From: Thecamonas trahens ATCC 50062
Lineage: Eukaryota; Protista; Apusomonadida
Length of the DNA: 19,050 nucleotides
Reading direction: 5' to 3'
Assembly (NCBI RefSeq): GCF_000142905.1
Contig: NW_013657599.1
Coordinates: forward strand, 1 to 19,050
The notes below the pieces were generated by a model, which was not told where the DNA came from, did not search any database, and saw nothing but the letters and a program-made list of their open reading frames with translations. This document shows, piece by piece, positions 10,401 to 18,128 of this stretch. The position numbers and the translations under genes were made by a program. Numbering within the stretch: position 1 is the first letter of the stretch; the number at the start of each line of letters is the position of its first letter.

Positions 10401-11122
10401 GGAAGAGTAGCCGAGGCAGAGCAGTGTAGGATGTGTTGATGCGAGGATGTGACGGGCGACCGGAGGAGCGAGCGTGTAGTGGATGGGGACGGAGACAAGG
10501 CAGGTGGCCATGGCGGCGTAGTCGATGAGGAACCAATCCAAGCAGTTCTTCCCAACGATAGCAAGGCGACGAGAAGGAGATAGCGATGGAAGCCATTGTT
10601 GCAGCGCAGCGCAAAGGCAACGTCTGCGATCATGACGCTCATCTCCAAGTGCGATAGCCAGCGATAGTCCTGTTGGGCGTGGTGGGCGAGGTGATCAATA
10701 TTGCTATGATCATCATGATCGTGACAATCAGCATCGTGGTCATGGTGATCGAGTGCCAGGCCAAGCGCTGGCCAATCTCCCCAGAGCGAGCAGGAAGCTG
10801 CGAGAGCCGAAGGAAGACAGCAGCCAGCCGTTTGCTCGACCTCGGCTTGGACAGCAAGGTTATGAGCAGGGAGCCATGCAAAGGTATGGTGAGGCCCATG
10901 CGAGTGGGTGTGACCTTCTCTCGCACCGGCCTCGGCGCAATCGATGCACACATCAAACGATGGCTCGCCGAGACAGTGCCAATGACCACCCACAGGAATG
11001 GGCTGATAACACACATCGCAATGGTACGAGACGCATCCTTTGCTCGTCGAGCTTGGTGCGGACTGGGGTTGGCTCAGGCGGTGTATCGCCGATTTGGCGG
11101 CCGTCTTGAGTCGTCGGAGCAT
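7485..11122 (-). CDS. Carboxylic acid reductase-like NRPS-like enzyme (ZZ zinc finger - adenylation - PCP - NAD(P)H thioester reductase); 1-nt frameshift near 10614
   Basis: A domain: IIATSGSTGMPKGV, YAPLAHMFDR, GYGATEVG, GYLATDKPHPRGELLVR, FYATGDVV, IIDRCKNFVKLAQGEFVSPE, GLLTPSGKLAR. PCP: FAARGGDSLEAMRL (Ser at 8901-8903). R domain: LLVTGGTGLLG, GDLAEPFLG, HAGAAVNSVLPYASL, HVSTIGV, GYNGTKAVAE. The upstream frame (ATG 11122) has a ZZ finger and the start of the A domain (WPALGL...YRWLS). Confidence 0.9.
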
Positions 11123-11489
11123 GCCGATCCGAGTCGTGACCTGATGAGAGTCAGGTGTGATTGTAGTTGCCAGAAAGGTAGGAGCAGCCTGATGAGAGAC
11201 ATTGCAGAGGGATGGTGCACATCTGTTGCACATCGAGCTTGGTGTAGACTGGGGCTGCTTTGGACGTTGTAGAGGCGAGCGAAACAGGTGCTTTAGGACG
11301 ACCATCGATGCCGGATTGCGGCCGGGTGGCCACAAGCAGTCCGACCAAAGAGAGCTGTATCAATCCACATTAGGTAGAGATCGTGCAAGACGGCGATGTT
11401 GAGTGGGTACTGGTCTATGCGAAGAGTGACGGCATGCTTGTGTAGCCATTGCAAGTCGACATGATTGGTGATCTTTTACGCGCTGCCGC

Positions 11490-12882
11490 TCACAGTCCCG
11501 ACGTAGAGCTGTTGTCAAAGCTCCAGGGATCAGAGTCGCTCTCCTTCCCGCCGCTGTCACCGACGGAAATAGTGCGGGGCGAGGCGGGAAGGTCGGAGAT
11601 CGCACTTGATGACGAACTGACAGTCTTGTCGACGATGTCAGTAGCAGCTTGATCGCGAGAGAGGGTGCTGCTCGAGCCGTCGTTGCCGCTATCCTCGAAC
11701 TGGCCATCGTCGCTCCCCTCTGAGATGCACATCGACGACTCGGACGCCATCGGTAGCAGCAGGACGGCGTGCTCGCGGATGGTAGGCAGTTTCTCGAGGG
11801 TTGACGTCGCAGTCATACTCGTCGCCAATGGGTCGATGCCTGCGGCGTCGGACTGATGCGAGCTGTGTGGCACGTTAACAGACCAGGCGTCAGGATGCGC
11901 CTTGGCCGGTACTGCCCCATCAACCACGGCCGTGTCGGGGACAGGACGCGCACTCGCATCATCTTTGCTACGTCTGTTGCAGCAGACGTAGACGGCCCAC
12001 CACCATGCGCAGCAGAGGCACAAGGTGACGGCAAAGGAGATAACAATGCTGACGACGGTCGGGAGGTTTCCATCCGAGGAAGAGTCGCTCGCCTTGCTTG
12101 CCGACGTGGCAACTGGCGGCGGCGGCGGCGGCGGCAGATCGAGCCGAGGCAGCCAGATGGTCGACGCGTCAGTAGCAGGCGTCCAGCCAACGACGATGCG
12201 CATCGGCGTCATTTCAGCGTGCGCGACGCGACGCGACCACAGCTGGGCAGCCATAAACATCTCGACAGAACTGTTGGCGTACGCGGCGCCAAAGAGGAAG
12301 GCGGCCGACCCGGCATCCTCCCATGAGGCTGACGCCACATCGTAGACGTAGCCGACACCGTTTTCGATCTTGGCCACAGCGGCCAGGCCATCAGCGAGAG
12401 GGAAGCCACCTTCGATTGCATCCGCCACGTCGCTGGGCGCAAAGTACACGACGTGGCGCGCACCAGGTACCGAAAGATCAATAGACTCACCGCTGTTCTC
12501 GGTCCATCCACCCATAACGGCGTTATCGTTGGCGTAGGCGAGGACGATGGGGCTTCCACCTGTGCTGCGGCTAGCGATAGCCGCCGATTCGGCCACGATG
12601 CGGGAGTAGCGGAAGCGTGGAAGATGTTGGACGTCGTGGGGGGTGGTTCGCCTTTGGCAGGTAGAGCGGTATCAACCACAGCGAGTTGTGCCCCAGTGGA
12701 TAAGTTGGCTGAGCCACATTCAGCGGTTTTCTGACTGAGTTGTTCCGTCGAGTGATGGAGCTGCCGAGCAGCAGGCGGCGGCGAGCAGTGGCGACACCCG
12801 ACGCGCCAACGACATGCTCAGTGCGGGGCGCGGGCGTTCGAGCCTTGTGGTACAGGCATGCGTGAAAAAGGTTTGGAGACAT
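11490..12882 (-). CDS. Hypothetical single-pass membrane protein; N-terminus uncertain (probable frameshift at the G6 run 12638-12643)
   Basis: The 368-aa ORF has strong GC3 bias, a globular region, a Pro/Ser stalk, a TM helix VVSIVISFAVTLCLCCAWWWAVYVCC followed by NRRSK, and an acidic Ser-rich tail. The frame stays open upstream only to ~12672; ORF 12571..12882 looks like the preceding part. Confidence 0.6.
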
Positions 12883-13005
12883 AGTTCCATGGCGAGCGGG
12901 TGTTCAAGGAAGCCACTGGGTGCATTGTCGCTGCCAATGGCTCGTCCGGCTTTCGCATGGCCTCACCAGTCGGTGGATGGGCTGCTCTCCGGGGATGGAC
13001 CTCAA

Positions 13006-13190
13006 TCATCGATTAACTCATTAAGACCATCGATTATTTTGCCGACGACCTCGCCGAGCTCGACGACGACCTCGACGAGCTTAATGACGACCTCGCCAAG
13101 CTCGACGATATCTTCATCAAGACCATCGATTATATCATCGATGTCATCGATTCTCTCGTCAAGCTCATCGATTAACTCACCGAGCTCATT
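13006..13190. repeat. Degenerate 21-bp-period minisatellite rich in ATCGAT palindromes
   Basis: GACGACCTCG at 13044, 13065, 13086; TCATCGATTAACTCA at 13006 and 13165; AAGACCATCGATTAT at 13023 and 13119; six ATCGAT sites. Confidence 0.8.
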
Positions 13191-13212
13191 GGCCGCCACG
13201 GCGCACCGATCC

Positions 13213-15618
13213 ATGGCCATGACCTCGCAGCTGTCAATCACTACCTGCTCGCCATTGCTTGCGGCGAGGAGTGTGGCGACGTGGTCGGGCGGATGGCGCG
13301 GAATGGCTACCACAGCTGGTCGTCCTCCGACGGGCAAGGCAAGGCGGCAGAGGGGGAGCAGGGGTCAGGCGGGCGGAAAGCGCAAGGCATCGATTGCGCA
13401 CAACGCCGAGCTGGTCAAGGCCAAGACGCCAGACGCAGTCCTGGCTCTGACAGCGGCTGCGGGCGAGAAGGAGGACGCCATCAATCGAGCCTCGGCGCTC
13501 TTCCGTATCGCCAAGACGTTCATGGGCTCGGTCAAGGCGATCACCCCGTCGGCCGCATCGCTCGACACGCTGGAGCGGATGCATCCGTCGCTGCGGCGGC
13601 AGGCCCGAGTCCTCACCGCTGACCCGCGCTACGTTGCACTGATGGACCGCATCGCGGGCGATGTCCGCAATATGTCGGTCCGCCAGGCAGCGTCTGTGGC
13701 GTGGGGCCTCGCCCGGCTGTACGACAACCGCGCGTACGGCGGCGACGAGGTGGCGCTCCTCAGCCGGGTCCGCGACCAGTTTGGCGCCGAGATTGCTCGC
13801 GCAGCAGGACGCGGCAAGGGTGGCCTCGCCCGTGAGCACGACACCTCGGTCGGCATCGCCATGTGGGCACTCGGCAAGGTCGGGGCGGTCGACGGCAAGC
13901 TGGCGGATGCGCTTGTGGGCGGACTCTCGCCGCAGCTGCAGAGCCACTCGTCCGAGACCCTCGTCTCGGTGGTGTGGGCGCTGGCCAAGACGCCTGCGAC
14001 GTCTGAGTCGCCTGCAGTTGTCGAGTTTCTGGCCGAGTCGCTCGATGAGCTCGGGCGCCGGGCGAAGAGCTTGCCCAACGCCTCGCTCTCGCTCATGGCT
14101 TGGGCCGGAGCCAAGCAGGCCGTCGACGCACCGGTTTTCTTCTCGGCCCTGGAGAAGACGCTCGCCGAGCGCGATCTCGCTCAGTTTTCGACCCAGTCGC
14201 TGACCAACATCCTGTGGGCCTTTGAGCAGACGGCGCACTTTCTCCCACACCTTTCACCGCGGCTGATGGCGGCGATGGAGGCCAAGCTCGCGCAGCTGTC
14301 GGCCACAGACGTCTCGCATCTGTACCTCTGGCTGGCGCAGAGCCAGCTGCTCTCGGAGACCTTCACCCAGCGGATCGTCTCGCGGGCGCTTGAACTACTT
14401 CCAGTCATGTCGAACATCGAGCTGACCAAGGTCCTTCTCGCTGTGGCCAACGATGAGTCGGGCTTCTTCGCCTCGATGGCCGCCGAGGGCTCGGCCGACA
14501 AGCAGGAGGTTCTCCAGGCGTTTGCAGTCGAGGCCGAGTCGCGACTTGCGCTTCTTGACCCGGTCGAGCTCGCCATGACAACCTACGGCTTTGCCAAGGC
14601 CTCGTTTGTGGCCGTCCCGCTCTTTGACGAGTTTGCGTCGGCGAGCTTGCGGCGGATCGGCGAGTTTGAGCGCCACTCGCTGGCCCAGCTGGCGTGGGCG
14701 TACGCAGCCAACGGACACCACTCGGATGAGCTGATGACGGCTATCGAGGATCGCGCGGTGGCACTGGTGCCTGGTTCGACAGCATCAGACCTCAACATGG
14801 TGCTCTCGGCCTTTGCGAAGCTCAACCACCCGGCGCCACGGCTGTGCAAGGTCATCGCCAACGAGCTTGCCAAGAGCCGGACGCTGCGTGATGGGCTCGC
14901 TGGTGAGTTTGACACGCGGGCGGCCACCTTTCTCGGCTGGTCGTACGCGGTCCTTGGCGAGTGGTCGCCCGAAGTCGCCGACCTCGTCCTCCACCACATG
15001 TCCACCTCGGGTGCGCGCGCCTTGCTCTCGGACGAGTCGTGGATGCAAGTGTACCAGTTTGAAGCCGCATTCCGCGAGGCCTCGGCCGCCGCCGTCCTTC
15101 GCGGCTATCGCACCCAGTCGATGCACGCCTTTGCCATCGAAAAGCCCGCGTACTCGTCACAGCTCCACCAGGAGGTGTCGACCGTCCTCGATCGGCTCGG
15201 CATCGAGCACGAGACCGAGCACGTCACGGATGATGGCATGGCTGTCGTCGACATTGTCATCGACGGCCCGCAGCCCTCCGCGCCACGCATTGCCATCGAA
15301 GTCGACGGCCCGCTGCATTACTGCTCTAATGTGCCCCGCCGCGAGCGCGGTCGCACTGTCGCCAAGCGCCAGCTCCTCGAGTCGTCGGGCTATGTCGTCG
15401 TCCACATCGCTTACTTTGAGTGGAACGAAGTCGGCTCGGACGCCAGCAAGGAGCGTCTCCTCCGACGCAAGCTTCAGATCGCCAATCTCGCCGCGTTTTC
15501 GCACGAGCCCGTCATCGACGCCAAGACGCGCGCCGCCGCTACTGCTGGTGCCACCGACGAGGCCGAGCCTTCGCTCTTGCGGCGGCTGGTGCGAAAGTGG
15601 GTGTTTGGCGACTCGTGA
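13213..15618 (+). CDS. RAP-domain protein with FASTK/OPR-like helical repeats, probable mitochondrial RNA-processing factor
   Basis: C-terminal RAP signature VVDIVI...RIAIEVDGPLHY...GRTVAKRQLLESSGYVVVHIAYFEW. Helical repeats include MSVRQAASVAWGLARL, FSTQSLTNILWAFEQ, FERHSLAQLAWAYAANG and ASDLNMVLSAFAKLN. ATG 13213 begins an Arg/Ser/Ala-rich, acid-free leader. The ORF-track start at 12814 probably runs through non-coding repeat. Confidence 0.88.
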   Translation: MAMTSQLSITTCSPLLAARSVATWSGGWRGMATTAGRPPTGKARRQRGSRGQAGGKRKASIAHNAELVKAKTPDAVLALTAAAGEKEDAINRASALFRIAKTFMGSVKAITPSAASLDTLERMHPSLRRQARVLTADPRYVALMDRIAGDVRNMSVRQAASVAWGLARLYDNRAYGGDEVALLSRVRDQFGAEIARAAGRGKGGLAREHDTSVGIAMWALGKVGAVDGKLADALVGGLSPQLQSHSSETLVSVVWALAKTPATSESPAVVEFLAESLDELGRRAKSLPNASLSLMAWAGAKQAVDAPVFFSALEKTLAERDLAQFSTQSLTNILWAFEQTAHFLPHLSPRLMAAMEAKLAQLSATDVSHLYLWLAQSQLLSETFTQRIVSRALELLPVMSNIELTKVLLAVANDESGFFASMAAEGSADKQEVLQAFAVEAESRLALLDPVELAMTTYGFAKASFVAVPLFDEFASASLRRIGEFERHSLAQLAWAYAANGHHSDELMTAIEDRAVALVPGSTASDLNMVLSAFAKLNHPAPRLCKVIANELAKSRTLRDGLAGEFDTRAATFLGWSYAVLGEWSPEVADLVLHHMSTSGARALLSDESWMQVYQFEAAFREASAAAVLRGYRTQSMHAFAIEKPAYSSQLHQEVSTVLDRLGIEHETEHVTDDGMAVVDIVIDGPQPSAPRIAIEVDGPLHYCSNVPRRERGRTVAKRQLLESSGYVVVHIAYFEWNEVGSDASKERLLRRKLQIANLAAFSHEPVIDAKTRAAATAGATDEAEPSLLRRLVRKWVFGDS

Positions 15619-16030
15619 GCCGAGCCGCAAGTAGTGAACAAAGCTGATGTTGTATGGGAGGATGCCGGCATCAACGTCTCCAACAGCGGCAAGAACATCA
15701 CTAGCAAGGCGTTGATCGCCATCGGCGGGTCGTGCACCTTGCTCAAGTTGGTGGATGCATCGAGAACCGTGGCTGTGACCGACCAGTGGCCAGGGTGAGG
15801 GAGCGATCGGCCAGTCGTATGCAAGTTGAGATGGCGATGGAAGGCGGGCATCAGCTTTGTTGAGTGCACAGTGGGGGTTCATGGCAGCCAGCTCGCCGAC
15901 GAGGGATCTGCGGTCGTCCGACTCGGGGGAGGTGAGGCCCATGGGATGGGGATCGTTTGTGGTTGGCTTTTTAGCGTCGGCCTTGGGGGCGTCGGATGGG
16001 TGGCTGAGGAGGGGCTTGGAGGCCGAGGCG
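15619..16030 (+). pseudogene. Decayed cysteine-containing LRR (F-box/LRR-type) gene fragment
   Basis: The frame continuing past the RAP stop reads INVSNSGKNITSKALIAIGGSCTLLKLVDASRTVAVTDQWPG*, then HGSQLADEGSAVV and IVCGWLFSVGLGGVGWVAEEGL. These resemble the LRR_CC consensus LxLsgCxxITDxgLxaLaxxCxxL. There is an internal stop and no start codon. Confidence 0.5.
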
Positions 16031-16284
16031 AGGGTGAGGCGGTAGATCGGGCTGGAGAGGATGTCCAGCATACGTGTGTGTGTGTGGGCCGTGTGCTCGT
16101 TTGCTGGGAGACGGCGCGGCATGTGTGGCTCGGGTGTGGCGATGGGAGAGGGAATGGCCGGGGTCCGACTGAGGCATGGATGTGGTCAGAGTGTGCGCGA
16201 TCTGGCGACGACGAGTCTGTGGAGGGGTGATGGCATGTGCTCGCTGTCGTCGAGCAACCGGATGTCCCATTCGTCTGGACGGCG

Positions 16285-16540
16285 CAGGGCATGGCTTTGT
16301 TGCTTCCGCTGTTAGCTTGATGGCGAGCTGGAACCGCAGCGCGCTCTTGACGACGAACGACGACGTTGCATCGACTGCCAGGGCGGTGGTGTCCAGGCTG
16401 CTGTGCGGCTGTGGTGGACGGAGCGTGATCGGCTTGTTGTTTGCCCAGCCCATGAACGGCGTGGCAGTCGTCATGCCAGCGGTACCGTCGGCGAGGAGGA
16501 CGATGGCGTTGGCGTCAGCAGCACTCGGCTGCGAGCGAGG
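16285..16540 (-). pseudogene. Coding-like fragment of unknown family
   Basis: Minus frame AADANAIVLLADGTAGMTTATPFMGWANNKPITL...ALAVDATSSFVVKSALRFQLAIKL has gene-like GC3 bias but dissolves into low-complexity sequence on both sides. Confidence 0.35.
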
Positions 16541-16749
16541 GTGCGGTCGGCATGTGCAACGCCTCGATGGCAGAGGTCAGATTGCGGCCGCGGGGCGTGA
16601 GCCAGGGTGCGTGCGCGGGCGGCGGCGATGAGGACAACGGGCGAGGGACATGGGTGGGGTTGGCAAGGTACGTCGTTGTCAGGTAGAGGTAGCACGACGC
16701 CCAGCAAAGAAGAGCTGGCCGGCTGACCTCGCTTGATCGAGGACGGTAA

Positions 16750-18128
16750 GGAGGACTGGCGGAGGCGGTGGGGAGGTGTGGGGGAGATCGGGATAAAGGA
16801 GGACAGAGTGTTGATGTGCGATGAGGGGTGATTGGATTGCAGAGGACGGCAGGTGATGGGGTTGATGGGATGGATGGTCGGGCGTGGTGGTTGCAGGAGA
16901 GCGATGACGGTTGTGTGGCGGATGTGCGAGGCATAGTTGTGCTCGGCGCATGTATCTGGGTCTCATCTTCAGCAGCTGGAGGGCGCAGGCAGCGCCATCT
17001 GGCAATGTGTGGATGGCAGGCAGGTTTGGGGCGACGGCCAGTGCATGTGGGTGTTTGGGCTGGGACTGGGATGGGTGGTGTGTGTGTGTGATGGCGGGGG
17101 GTGGGTGGTGAGGTTGCGTGATCAGGTGAGAATTTGTGATCAATGGCTGGCTGGCTGGGGGGATGGGGATGTGGGTATGGCGAGCAAGTGGATGTGGATG
17201 CATGCGCATGTGTGTGTGGGGGAGGTGTATGGTGATGATGATGGTGGTGGTCGGCTTCGCGACGGCTGGCGAGTGATGGCAAGCGTGTCGAGGCTGGACG
17301 GGGGAGGTGCAATAACCATAATCACCCCCCAGGCCCCGAACAACTAATTCCGACCAAGTGCACCACCTCACCACCCCATCACTCCCATCCACAATATGCA
17401 TCCCCACAGCCACCACAAACCAAGTGGTTTGTCAATTTCTGTGGCCAAACTCGTGGTGGGGAGAGAACTGCTATCACAATGTGTGAAAACAGTCAACTTC
17501 TCCCAACCCACCGAGGCGGGCAACCCCTCACGAGCACTGGCGTGGGTCCGGGCTCTGGCTCTACGGCCAGGGCGCGGGCGCAGGCTGAAGCTAACAGCGG
17601 CAGCGCATGATACCAGCTAGAGACCGCGGCGACTTGGCAAGCAAGACGGCGCGGCATGGCGGGAGAGTGGGCTTGTTGAGTTGCACTGATGGCTCTTGCG
17701 AGCTAGGACAGGGCAAGTGGAGGAAGGAGCCGGTTGAGCGGAGTGGCCAGGTCAAGCTGGTGCTGGGCGAGGCCGGGAGACCCGGGGCGTTGGGCAGGGG
17801 GCGTCGGAGGAAGCTCCGGCGGGCTCTGTGATGCGCTTGAAGAAGACCGGGGCTGAAACGAACTGTGGTTGAGAGAGAGCCAGCAGGGAGGAGCGGGGTG
17901 CAGAGATGTGCGTCGTTTGTTTCTTGTCGAAAGAGTACTTGACTTGAGTCGTAAGAAGCAGTGCGTGAGGTGGATGTGTTTTTGGAGGCTGGGGGATGGG
18001 GGGAGAGTGAGTGACCAAAATTTTTGCCCCCCTTCGGTCACTCAAAATGCCACTTTTCGAACGATTTCTGACGCTCTGCGGGGCTAGGACCCGGTAAAAC
18101 GGGCCTAGCAGGCGCAGACAAGGAGAGA
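16750..18128 (+). other. rDNA upstream spacer / 5' external transcribed spacer region
   Basis: Non-coding DNA directly 5' of the 18S. It has a G/T-skewed low-complexity part (~16750-17310), hairpins at 17409-17515, 18008-18044 and 18084-18108, and an AT-rich patch near 18017-18070. Boundaries are not definable. Confidence 0.5.

Noticed and set aside
11139-11200. Hammerhead ribozyme (two CCTGATGAGAG motifs with a GAAA between them)
   Set aside because: No stem II, stem III or cleavage triplet could be built around the cores.
13006-13190. CRISPR-like array
   Set aside because: The repeats are degenerate and contiguous without unique spacers, the context is eukaryotic, and no cas genes are present.
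12814-13212. Long Ser/Thr-rich N-terminal extension of the RAP protein
   Set aside because: It overlaps the divergent gene's probable 5' end and a minisatellite. ATG 13213 gives a more plausible targeting peptide.
19-15300. Numerous long antisense or overlapping ORFs (e.g. 19-513, 985-1935, 4148-5263, 5212-6612, 8257-9225, 9006-10163, 13234-14250)
   Set aside because: Shadow ORFs caused by high GC3 in the real genes on the opposite strand; no recognisable domains.
16515-17416. Pro/His-rich ORFs on the minus strand
   Set aside because: They derive from C/A-skewed low-complexity spacer DNA lacking stop codons and show no codon bias.
16302-17604. 17-bp imperfect inverted repeat (AAGCTAACAGCGG(A/C)AGC) as transposon TIRs
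   Set aside because: No target-site duplication or transposase is present, and a 16/17 match is plausible by chance in 19 kb.
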